From: Raillietiella orientalis
Taxonomy: Eukaryota
Length of the DNA: 64,000 nucleotides
Reading direction: 5' to 3'
Assembly (NCBI GenBank): GCA_036172245.1
Contig: JAYWIR010000025.1
Location: 2,852,001 to 2,916,000 of the forward strand
A model generated the notes under the pieces. That model had not been told where the DNA came from, did no database searches, and saw nothing but the letters and a program-made list of their open reading frames with translations. Of this stretch, positions 1-10,960 are shown in pieces. The number at the start of each line of letters is the position of its first letter. The stretch's first letter is position 1. Position numbers and translations under genes: made by a program.

Positions 1-662
1 CCGGAATGCTCCAGAGGCTGCAGCAGGGATGGATGGGGATACACTGTAGCGACCCTTCGGGTCCCCCCTTCGGAGGAATGTCCATCTCTCCGGGATGACC
101 GCTTGCCTCCTGGACGGCGATCCCCTGCCACAGCGGTCGCCGAAGAGGAGGGGCGTGGAAAGGGCCCAAACCAAGTTGCGTAGTCCAGGGAAGGCTTGGA
201 ACTCACGCCATTCTCCTTCTTAGCTTGTTCCCGTCCCTGTCCGCCAGGCAGTGCCGCATCTGGAAATCGCCCGTTCCGGCAAGTTTCACTTGCCGGAACG
301 GGCCGCGGTATGGAACGCGTTTGCGGCCCCCATCCTTCGCCCCCTACTTTTCGTTTGCCATGTCCCCGTGACAAATAAAGAAGAGGACGAAGGACCTCCG
401 GCGCATCGCCCTTTGGGACAAGGGGAGGCCCCGAGTCCCTTTGATGGACTTGTGCGCTCCGCGTCGGAATGGCGGTCTTGGCCTCCTGACGCTGGAGCGG
501 ATGGAAATTCAGCTGCGATGGCGAACCTTGGCCATCGCAGCGAAGTTTCGGTGAGTTTAGGCCCGCTTCCTCGCCAGACGTGTATCCGGAACGGGAGGAC
601 TTGCATCTCATCTCTTATGCCGCGGCAAGAAGATAAGAAGATGCGACCTTCTCCTCGGACGC

Positions 663-1788
663 ATGGTCACCCTGGCGAAGGAGAGCGGGTGGATGGTCTG
701 CAGCCCCTCCAACCCCAGCGCATGGCTGGATGAACCTGTTGGCACGTGGGCGGAAGTGAATCAGAGGAGCCACGAGACGTGTAATCGCCTGCGACGCGGC
801 CGCTGCACTCTGCGCGAGATACTGGAGTATCCAGCCAGGGGCACGTGGGCAGAGACAACCTGCCTAGCTACGGCGCTGCCCTTCCTACGGAGGGCCCTCA
901 TTAGCAGCCGGACGCCGAGGTGGCAAGTCTCTTGCCGTATCGCAGGCAGAGAGAAGTTGATGAGAGATTGGACCATGGGACAGCTGGCGGACGCCACGAC
1001 CCAGAGCGCCTTTCCGCGTGGACTGAAGAAATGAGGCGAGCTGCTAGGCATCACGACGGATGACCTGAAGTGGCCCCCAGTAATAACCGGAAGAAGGATG
1101 CTTCCCCTAAAATGGCCGGAGTCGGCGCTCATGCTGTTGCACTGGGGACTCCCCTGCAACGCGCGCCGCCACCACTGGACACGGGGAAGTGTGAATCCAA
1201 ACTGTGCCAGGTGTGGGGAGCGGGAATCCCTCCCGCACCTTTTAGTTGACTGTGTTTCCCTCCGGCCCCTTTGGGAACGTTTTGAACGACCCTCAGGATC
1301 CCGGTTGGCAACCCTCCCAGAGACGTTTTCCGGCTCCTCTTCGTGCGGGACGCCCTGCAGCCAGCCGCTGTCGTGGCAGCGCTCAGCTGCATCCGCGGTA
1401 TTGTGGCGGCCTAGAGTGGATCCGACGAAGAAGAAGCAAACGACAGGGACGTCATCGAGTATGCGGCTCGTTTCCTGCGAATAGCAACCCGATGGTCCCA
1501 CCTGGGAAACATGCGGAAGGACCACGTTAGTATCCTGCAAAGGATGGACCCTCCACCAAGAGGAATGTGATCCCTTCCTGACCCTCCAAATAACTATGGT
1601 GTTTTCTTTTTTCAGTTTTCTTTTATTTTTATTTTTGTTTTTCCCCATCCCCCTCCGCTGACGTGGAGAGTCAAGTCGGTCTGCGCACCGACGACCCGGC
1701 AGGTTCCTTGTTTTATTGGCCGCAGCGGGGCTTTGTACTGCAATTGTTATCTGTTTACAATAAACGCCCCGGAGTGACCGGGTGATAA
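663..1788 (+). mobile_element. 3' portion of a decayed L1/Tx1-like non-LTR retrotransposon (ORF2 C-terminus with zf-RVT CCHC motif, 3' UTR, poly(A) signal and terminal hairpin)
   Basis: ORFs 663-1034 and 1098-1484 are in the same frame, broken by one TGA. The frame contains LHWGLPCNARRHHW..NPNCARCGERESLPHLLVDC..LRPLW, a C-x2-C..H..C zinc finger typical of LINE ORF2 ends. A T-rich tract and AATAAA at 1759-1764 follow. Confidence 0.8.
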
Positions 1789-1799
1789 CGTTTGGGAAT

Positions 1800-3760
1800 C
1801 GCAGTCATCAGTGCGAAACGAAGCCCCCGCCCGCCCCTCGGTCGACCCTTGCTTCATCCCCTGCCAGAACTGTTCCCAACCAGTCCTTCTCCGACTAAGT
1901 CTGCTGCGGAGACTCTTCGGCCGTGAACTCGGGCACCACCTCTCATCGGGGAAAGGCACTCCCCGCAAGAACTCCATCCTCGGCGCACTGTCGTAAAGTC
2001 CCTCGTCTCATTGCCTTACGGCAATCTCGGAGACCCTCCTACTTTCCGACGTTACCTGCCATCCGCTCCTGGAAGCAGCAAAAGTAGCAGAGCATTTGGG
2101 AAGGAGGGGAGAAGGGGGCTTCCCTGCCGAGCGCTTCCTGACAGGGTGAGAGCTGCGAGCCACTCCATCTCGCCTGTCTCTTCTCCTGTCGATGCTCTGC
2201 ATCTTCGGGAAGGGAAAAGGACCTCTTCGTCCTAGGAGAGAGCTCCTTCCTTCTTCCTCGGTCGTCCTTCGAGCTTTCTCTCAGCTCCCTCTCCGGGTCA
2301 CCTACGGCTCGCCGTGTCCCAGGCAACAGAGACGACATCCCTCCTGGATGCTCGCCGGTTCACTCCTGCTACCCTGGGCGTGGATACGAGGGTCCTCTTT
2401 CGCGTGTTCAGGGACAAGGGTGGCCTCACCATTCCACGGCTCCAAGAGCGGGACTGTTGGCGAGGAGCAACAGGTCGTCCAAACGGGAGTCCCGGAGCAA
2501 CTGAGCCGAGAAGGGAACGAATAAAGGCGGCTACCGACCTATTTCCGTAACAGGGTCCCTCTCTCATGCGCACTCTCTTCCCTCCCTCGCTAGAAGGAAG
2601 AGAGGGAGGGATGATCCAGAGAAGGGAGAGCCGGCAGGACGCAGCCGTCCGAGAGGGGGCCCCGCAGCGTTGAGTCCGATGGGCTCCGCTCTTATCCCCC
2701 GGATGAGACCCGGGAGGTCCTGCCGTTTCCCTTCTCCCCCTCTTCCCATCTGGATCCGAAAGGGAAGGGGAGACCGCAGGACGAAGGAGGAGTTGGCTTC
2801 CGTGGAGAGAGTGCGGCGCAGCGCCTCGTCTCGGAAACCTCGAAGGCTGATGACCACCCCCGCTGGTTTTCTTCTCGCGGCGCGACGGTGGGCGGGGCAG
2901 CTGCGCGTCTCCGGAATTCTTCGCGGGCCGTCGCTCTCCGCGGCACCCGGGAAGCGTTTCCGTGCGCTTTCCGGCGCTTCCTGAGCCGCCCCGGGCCAGG
3001 CGTAGGACTGCATTTCTTGCTTGCGAGAGCCCCTCTCGCGGTCAGGGTGAGTTGCGCGGAAAGGGGGGGGGGAGTCTCGAGGTCGCTGCCGGAAGCGCAG
3101 CCCTCTGCCGAACCGCCTCCCTCATTCCGCCTGCCGCGCGAGAAGGGAGGATGCGGTAGCGACTCTGTCGGGTCTCCCTCACTTTCCCTGAGGGCATCTC
3201 TTCGCTACAGGCGTCTCGAGCAGCGGCTCCTCCGAGCCGGGCTGCTGACGCCTCCGGCGCGGCGAAGAGAGGGGGATTCCGGGAGAGCAGCCGGAACGGA
3301 GGCTCCCGCCTGGACACATCGGACCCGTCTCTCGGGTCCGAGACAGCCGCCGCCCTCCGGGGAGAGCGCGCGCACGTCTCAGGTGGTCAGCCATTCGCGA
3401 CGGAGCTTCGTGGCCGCGGCACCCTGACGCGAGCCGCAGCATCCTCCCTTTCCCCGGCTTCCGAGGTTGCGGCAACGGACTCCTCCGCGGGATCCGCCAA
3501 GCACCGGCACCCAGGACCTTGACCCAGCAGCTGCTCTGGAGCGCAGCCGAAACGCCGGCGATCCTCGTCCCACGCGTGTCCCGCCATTCTGATCCGTGCC
3601 GCCGGGCACCATCTTCCTCGTCTCCTCCCCTCCCTTCCCGGAAGGGCCTCGGAAACTCCCCATCGTCCGCCCCTCCAGAACGCTTCTGCACCCCGCATGG
3701 TGGAGCGGCGCCAAGCCGCGTCAACCGAAGACTCCTGGACCTCTATCGGGATGCTGGGTC
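1800..3760 (-). mobile_element. Decayed L1/Tx1-like ORF2 (APE endonuclease end plus reverse transcriptase core)
   Basis: Degenerate motifs occur in the expected order on the minus strand: GTRIAGVS..PRKPGKGRMLRL (like SRIDR..GKGxWRLN), VRPPLSLNTRKRTLV (like RPISLLNTDYKIL), GKPPSPLLP (like QGCPLSPLLF) and MEFLRGVPF (like KILGVxF). Many frameshifts. Confidence 0.55.
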
Positions 3761-3849
3761 CGTTCATCCCGCTTTCCAGGTCGCTCCTTTCTCAGGAAGA
3801 AGGTTTGTCTCAGTTGCTGCTACTTCCTGGGAACAGAGTCGATAAATAG

Positions 3850-4755
3850 CTGAGGGACTGGCGGACGCTTCCGCCCCCCTATCCCACCCAGCCCTTGTCT
3901 GGAGAAAGAAGGATCTGGTTGGTTGCACCACGTTCAACTCGCTGCGACCCCAAATGCCCCGCCGAAAGGACCTCAAGTGCACTGGGGAGAGCTTCTCGGA
4001 ATGCCACCTAAAGACCTCCACCAGTGCTCAGGTAGCACCCACACCCTCCTTCTCAAGTGGCAGGAGCCATCACTTCCGGGGGCCTCCAGTGCGACATACT
4101 GGATCCCGGGGGTTCCCAACTGCAGCAGACGCGGAGAGCGAGAATCCTCCCCCCCCCGCACCTGCTTGGGGATTGAGTTGTCCTCCGACCCTACAACTCG
4201 TTGTAGGGTCGTTGGGACATTTGGCCACGAACCTCCACGTCCCGGCTGGCAACCCCAGGGACGTTTCCAGGAGGCTCTTCATCATGATGCCCTACCGCCC
4301 AGCCGCATGCCTGGCAGCTCTCTTTGCTGCATCCTTCGCGGGATCTTGGCGGCCTGAAGAGACTCCAGAGGATGTCAGGACGACCGAGACGCAACCCACT
4401 TTGCCATCCGCTTCCTACAGATCGCATTGAGGTGGCTCCCACCCTATGAATTACCCAGCAGGAACTTGCCGGCATCCTAGAAAGGGTGCAGAGGACGCCC
4501 TCCAACAGGTAGCGATCCCTTCCCGAACCCCCAAAGTTTTTTTTCTATGTACATTTGAATTTATTTCTTTTATTTGTTTTTTGTGTGTCTCCTCCTCCCC
4601 CTCCCCCTTGGTGCCGAGGCGACCCGCGCCGGTCTTCTCACCGACTTCCCGGCAGGTTCCTTGTCCGGTGGGCGTGGCCGGACCGAGAGCTCTGGCACCA
4701 CCTACGAAGGTGGTGTTATTTTTAACAATAAGCGCCTCGGCGCACCCCGGCTGGA
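3850..4755 (+). mobile_element. Second 3' fragment of the same LINE family as 663-1788
   Basis: PNCSRRGERES/PHLLGD*VVLRP matches the zf-RVT of the first copy. It shares the 3' UTR motif cggcaggttccttgt and a variant terminal motif aataagcgcctcggcgcaccccgg (4727-4750). Confidence 0.75.
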
Positions 4756-4779
4756 AGCATCCCCTATTCTCCCGCGGGG

Positions 4780-5330
4780 GATGAAGTCAGCAGCTGCCGA
4801 GAGCCGCCTGCAGCCGGGCAAGGTCCTTCCCCGTGGATTTCACTCGGAGAATCCTCGGACCGGATCCAGGCAGACGCGAAGCGCCCTGAGCTTGGAGACA
4901 GCACAGGAAGATGGGTGCCTGGCAAGAACGCCTCGTATGGAGAGCAGCTCCATCCCCACCTTCACCCCCTCAGGGATCGCGATGACGCAGGCGTCAGATG
5001 AGGGTCCGAAGGCACGGGGTTTGGCCGTTTCGCCTGAGGGCTTCCCGCTTCTCACCCGGGGATTTGCGCTCGCCCGTCCGGTGCAACCAGAAAAAGTCCC
5101 GGCAGCATTCCACCGGAAGTTCCCTCCCACGCCGCGTAATGGGTACCAGTGGCCGCCCGCCCCTGCCCGTTGGGAAGATGCCCCTGCACTTCACCATTCC
5201 AGGTTTATGTTAGAGGAGGGGAGGGTTCCTTGCCCTAAGGTCCCACATACCGTTTCCTCGACCTGCCTTGGGTCCTTCGCCGTCGGAGAGGCGCTCTCCA
5301 GCCATGTGTCCGGAAGAGGCTGGAGGCTCC
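4780..5330 (-). mobile_element. Decayed reverse transcriptase fragment (LINE)
   Basis: GVKVGMELLSIRGVLARHPSS..LRVCLDPVR resembles the RGVRQGCPLSP..LEPL motif and is followed by LSAAADF at the YADD position. Confidence 0.45.
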
Positions 5331-5336
5331 TCCAGC

Positions 5337-6260
5337 AGGTTCACCCGCCGAGATTCTAACCCTCTCCTTCCCTTCTCTCTCGGCACAGGAGAGGGAGGTT
5401 CGCGCAGCACCGAGCGCGTCGGCCGCGCCCCGTCCAGCCATCTCTCGGACCCGCTGCATCCAGTGCCACGGTGCCATCAACTTGCTCGGGGTCACAAGCC
5501 ACCCAGCGCCTCGAGCAGCCGTTTGCGGCACTCCTGGCCATGCGACGCACTGCTTCACCGCTTGAGGGAGCCGGGAAGGGATCGCGGCCCCCTGCAAAAG
5601 CCTCACCCCTGCGGCGCGCCTCCGCCTCGACCCGCATCTGCCGCTGCCCGAGGGGAGGAGACGGTCGTCTGGCCTGCCCCTTCGGCAGCGCCCGTGACGC
5701 GCTCGCAAGTGCCCCGCCAAGGAAGCGCAAAGACCTCGCGTTCCACCCGTCTCGACGGAGGACGACTTCCGGGTGGTCGTTGGAGCCCGTGCCGCCGGGA
5801 ACGGCCACGCTCTCTAGGCTCCTGAGACACCCCCTTTCGACGGGAGCAGGTGATCCGACGGCCAGGCATGGACGAAACGGCTGGAACATCGGCGCGCACC
5901 TCCCGCAGCGACTGGTCCCGACCGACGTGGCTGAGGATTCCCGGAGAGGATGCTGTCACACCTTCGTGCGGACAGGGCAAGAAGAAGATGGTGGCATCCC
6001 GTGGAATCCCCTCCCCCTCCCCTTCCGTTCGCTCGACGGACAGAGCCGGTTCGCATGCCTTCCCTTTCCTTCCTTCTTTCCTTTCTTCCTTCCCCGACGC
6101 TCGCTCGAGCGCATTGCCCGGCTTGGGTTGCTGGGAAAGGAAGGGGGAGCGCGCGGTTCGCGCAGCTGGCCGCCCCGTTCGTTCCCTTCTTCCCTCGGGA
6201 GGAGGAGGTCGGGCGGCCAGGATCTCCGAATTGCCGTGCACCGCCGTCTTCTCGATGCCG
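5337..6260 (+). repeat. Left arm of a 924-bp inverted duplication (content resembles a decayed LINE ORF1/gag zinc-knuckle region)
   Basis: Reverse complement of 8792-9715, with only about 5 substitutions seen by eye. Identical ORF translations appear on opposite strands in the ORF track. Degenerate knuckle GCCHTFVRTGQEEDGG. Confidence 0.95.
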
Positions 6261-8414
6261 GATTTTTGGAACGACGGTCTCCTCCCCCGTGTGCCGCATC
6301 CCAGCAGGCTTCTTTTTCTGGTCGCCTTCCGCGTGGAAGGCGTGTCCTCCGCTCCCACTGAAGGATCCCTCTTTCCTTCTTGTACCCTGCGATCCCCGTG
6401 AGCGCTCCCGAGGTTTGCGGATTTCCTTTTGCTTCTTAAGCGGAAAAAGGAAGACTCCGGCTCTGCAGATGAGAGATCTCTCATGGGGTACCTTCAGGAC
6501 TCTTCGGGAGGCGAAGCTATCAAGCTCTTTCAGAAAACGCCCTTTCTTATTTGTCTTGGGCAAGACGCAGGGACTCGCGTCTCCTGGATAGGGAGGGCCG
6601 CGCGCGCGGAAGCTGGAGGGAAAGCGCCCTAGGGCAGAAGCGGTAAGGAAGAGTCTGCGGGACCTGTCGGCTTCCCCAGGTCTCCCTCTCCCCCTTCCTC
6701 CCATCCTTCAACTTTCAACGAAATGACCGGGGGCGTTGGCAGGACGTGGCGGGACAGGAACCGGCAGCCCTGCCCCAGCTTGGGAACCCGCCGGGTCCAA
6801 GGGAACCGTTTCCTCTTACTCCGTCCCAGATGAAAAGATCGAGGCAAGAGGTCGCGGTGCGCGCGCCCCACCCGGGGTCCGCGTTTCTTCCTCGCCACGA
6901 GGAGGTCCAAGACCTCTGGGGAAACTCTTCTCCTCCCGGTTCCTCGGCAACCGCTTCTACGGTGCTTTGGCAGCCCTTTTTCGAAGCTGGAGAGCGGCGT
7001 TTCTTGACCCTGCGCCCGTGCAGTTGCAAAGTTCTCCCTAGAAGCTCCTGGAATTTCCCTTTCCCCCAAATGTCTGCGAGCCCGCGTCTGTGTTGCCGTG
7101 AAAATTTCGCCACCGAGCGGAATGGGAATGGGCGTGCGTAGGCGGAGGCGCTGCCTCGGGTGCACGAAAAAAAAAGGCGAAACCTCGGAGGAATTTCGGG
7201 AGGAGGAGGTCGGGTGGATTGCGCAGCCGCAGTGCCGCTGAGAACGAGGCCAACGGGAGGAGCTCGCGCCAGTGGAGGAGAGTGGTCGTTTCTGTTGCAC
7301 TTCCCGTTTCTCAGACTCCTTCGCTGGCGAAGGAAGTCGCCACCTTCTGCTTCGAGCGGGCCGTTTTGGGGGTCAAGCCTGCTCCAGGCTTGACTGGCCC
7401 TCCGCTGGCGGCGGCTTTAGACAGTTCCTGCTTTCTCGTTCCGACGTGTGGGCATCCTCCTGAGGTTTCGGCGGAGCTGCCGACGTCCCTCGCTCCGAAC
7501 GGCTTCTCACAGTCCGCCACGAAGGATCTGACGGACTGGAGACACGTCAGGAGTGCAGACGAAGGGCGCTGGAGCCCGAGTCCTCGCCCCCTCGAATCCC
7601 GCTCACCGGGATATCCTCAGGCCCCCTTTTGCTGACGCACGGAACGGGGAATTCACATGGAACGATCCCATAAAAAGGGACTCCGGCTTGTTCGACGCCA
7701 TCCCTGATGCATCTTCCCAAGTCACAGGGTTGTCTCCCGCTGCTCCAAACGCCGAGCAAATTCATCCCGGTCCGTGACCTGGACGCAACGAAGGAAGTCG
7801 ACGCGCTGCTAGGATAGAGACAACTCTCCTTCCCTTTGGTTACAGAAGAGAGGTGTCTTCTGCGATCCTTTCTCGAAGATCTACTTCCGCCCTTTGGCAA
7901 CGAGCGTAAGAAAAACTGCCCGAGGTGAAGCAGCATCAATGATGACACTGGACAGACCTGACAGAGCAAACAAACAACCGGCGGCTCACGAATCGCTCCT
8001 ATTTACCTATGGTTTTCTTGCGGATCGGAGAATGGGTCATGCAGCAAATGCTGGGGGTGATTCGACGACCGAGCTGGACCGAAGGATGACCGGACCGCGG
8101 CAACCAACTACTGCATGCGTCAGCTCGAGTCTCTAAGACGGACTCCACTGGTGGACTCGCCAGTCCACGATACGTCACCGGGAGCGAAAAACGATTCGTC
8201 GTCTGGTTCTGAGCGGAAGGAGTCTGAACCGTGAGCACAGATCAAAGACAGATGGATGAAAACAGTGAAAAATAGTCATCTGAAGGGTTTGGAACATCGT
8301 GGGAAGATCGACCAAGAAGTGAAGAGTAGCGATGCGAGCCGAGAAGAACGATTTAGCCGAAGGAAATGATTATCATTGTCCCATGAGTCATTAGGCTGGA
8401 AACACATGCAAAAA

Positions 8415-8421
8415 ACACACA

Positions 8422-8462
<41 letters not shown>
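8415..8462. repeat. Compound (AC)n(AG)n microsatellite
   Basis: Directly visible. Confidence 0.98.
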
Positions 8463-8791
8463 TTCTTCATTGTCCAGGAACATTGTGGCAGTGGTTCCAA
8501 TCAGTGGTCACTGCAGACGGTGAGGAGTTCGCTCCAGACTCTTCTTTATAGCAAGAAGAATGCAGGCTTTGTGAAGTAAAGAGAAGGGGCCAGCGTGACA
8601 ATCGCAGGTGTAGTGGTGGCTGGTCACCAATGGAAATTTCCGGAGGCAATGAATGAAGTTCAACCGGTCCGAATACCGACCGGGAAACCGACAGGCGATC
8701 GACCTCTCCGTCAGCGCCTGACATGGAATGCCGAGCATCGGAAGCCACTGGCGTGAGCCGCTCCAGACTCCACCTCGGGAGGCACGCACGG

Positions 8792-9715
8792 CGGCATCGA
8801 GAAGGCGGCGGTGCACGGCAATTCGGAGATCCTGGCCGCCCGACCTCCTCCTCCCGAGGGAAGAAGGGAACGAACGGGGCGGCCAGCTGCGCGAACCGCG
8901 CGCTCCCCCTTCCTTTCCCAGCAACCCAAGCCGGGCAATGCGCTCGAGCGAGCGTCGGGGAAGGAAGAAAGGAAAGAAGGAAGGAAAGGGAAGGCATGCG
9001 AACCGGCTCTGTCCGTCGAGCGAACGGAAGGGGAGGGGGAGGGGATTCCACGGGATGCCACCATCTTCTTCTTGCCCTGTCCGCACGAAGGTGTGACAGC
9101 ATCCTCTCCGGGAATCCTCAGCCACGTCGGTCGGGACCAGTCGCTGCGGGAGGTGCGCGCCGATGTTCCAGCCGTTTCGTCCATGCCTGGCCGTCGGATC
9201 ACCTGCTCCCGTCGAAAGGGGGTGTCTCAGGAGCCTAGAGAGCGTGGCCGTTCCCGGCGGCACGGGCTCCAACGACCACCCGGAAGTCGTCCTCCGTCGA
9301 GACGGGTGGAACGCGAGGTCTTTGCGCTTCCTTGGCGGGGCACTTGCGAGCGCGTCACGGGCGCTGCCGAAGGGGCAGGCCAGACGACCGTCTCCTCCCC
9401 TCGGGCAGCGGCAGATGCGGGTCGAGGCGGAGGCGCGCCGCAGGGGTGAGGCTTTTGCAGGGGGCCGCGATCCCTTCCCGGCTCCCTCAAGCGGTGAAGC
9501 AGTGCGTCGCATGGCCAGGAGTGCCGCAAACGGCTGCTCGAGGCGCTGGGTGGCTTGTGACCCCGAGCAAGTTGATGGCACCGTGGCACTGGATGCAGCG
9601 GGTCCGAGAGATGGCTGGACGGGACGCGGCCGACGCGCTCGGTGCTGCGCGAACCTCCCTCTCCCGTGCCGAGAGAGAAGGGAAGGAGAGGGTTAGAATC
9701 CCGGCGGGTAAACCT
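8792..9715 (-). repeat. Right arm of the 924-bp inverted duplication
   Basis: Reverse complement of 5337-6260. Confidence 0.95.
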
Positions 9716-10049
9716 TCTCTACAGGGACGTTACCTGGACAAGGAACGCTCTCCAGTATCGCGACACCCGCTGGAGACCTGACCGTCGCCTCCAAAGACGA
9801 GCTGGACAGGTGCTGGAAGCGATGGAGACTATGGAACATCCCTCCCTTGCGTTGTTTCGACCTCTAACCTTTTTCCCCTTGACTTGCACTTATCCTGCCG
9901 CCGACTAGAAGAACTCCGTGGTCGGGAGAAGGTGATCAGCGAGGAAAGCAGGTCGGTCCTACCGTAGTGCGACCTCCCCTTCGGACAGTGTGAGTCGAGT
10001 GAATCTTCATGCATCCACTTTTCTGAGGGTCCAAAATTTCACCTGGGAG

Positions 10050-10960
10050 GCCGTGGCTACGGTTTGTCGCGAGACGTCCTTCTTGAGCTGCGACAGAGCT
10101 GCGAACCGCCTACATATCCGTGAGGATGCGACGCAACACGTGCGAGACGCCGTGCTTTCTTGCGAGGAGAGGAAGAGAGGCGGAGGACTGCAAGGCGGCA
10201 GGGACGGGGAGGGAAGGCGGTCTGCTCAAGTGGTGCCGCCTGCCAGGGCGCGCTGGCGGGGCGTCTGCGGGTCCGTAAGAAGTCTCGCAGGAGCTCCTCC
10301 GCCCCGCATTCGCGACAGACAGGACGTGGGGAGCCTGCGTCCCCCGCGGCCCTCCCTTCTCGCCCTTGCCTTCGTGAGCGCCGGGAGCGAAGCGAACAGC
10401 CGCTGATAACCTTCCCCCGCCTCCAGGGACCCCGGGCACCACACCACCACTGTTGGCAGGACCTCCCGCGTTCGGGGCTGCCGCTCGCCTCTCCACCCCC
10501 CCTTGCCTTGGCGCGAGGTGGGGCTGTGTCATCCGCTCCTCCTCTGGGCAGCTTCGCCTTTGCAGCCGATAGCCCACGTCGGCAACGAGGATCGAGCCAG
10601 GGGTGGTCGGTTCGGGGACAAGTCCTGCCTGATCCTCTTTCGTCCTCCCCCTCCCCTACCCTCGGCCGGCCAGCATGCACGTCTTCTCTCGCTAGCCCAC
10701 TGACGCGGCCCGATGACCTCCGCCGCGCGCGCGCGCGACCTTTCCGGAAGCCCCGGTCGCCTTCGGCCGAGCTGCTTCCTAGTCGGGGCTTCCTGCTGCG
10801 CGTTTTCGACAGTCGCCTCAGGCATTCCCGTCGGCAAATCCGTCCCTCGATATCTTTCCGCGCAGACCGCATCCCCGGCTCGCCGCCGTTCCCCGAGGGG
10901 ACGGCACTTGGGCAGCCGGCGCTTCTTGGAAGAAGGTCCCGTCTTCCTGAAATACATGCC
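10050..10960 (+). mobile_element. Possible decayed LINE ORF1 (gag-like) fragment
   Basis: GC-rich low-complexity sequence with a degenerate zinc knuckle, TPCFLARRGREAEDCK, near 10145-10195. Confidence 0.3.

Noticed and set aside
40..100. UUCG-capped hairpins (gacccttcgggtc) at the window start, resembling the SINE array
   Set aside because: Too short and truncated by the window edge to assign to the family.
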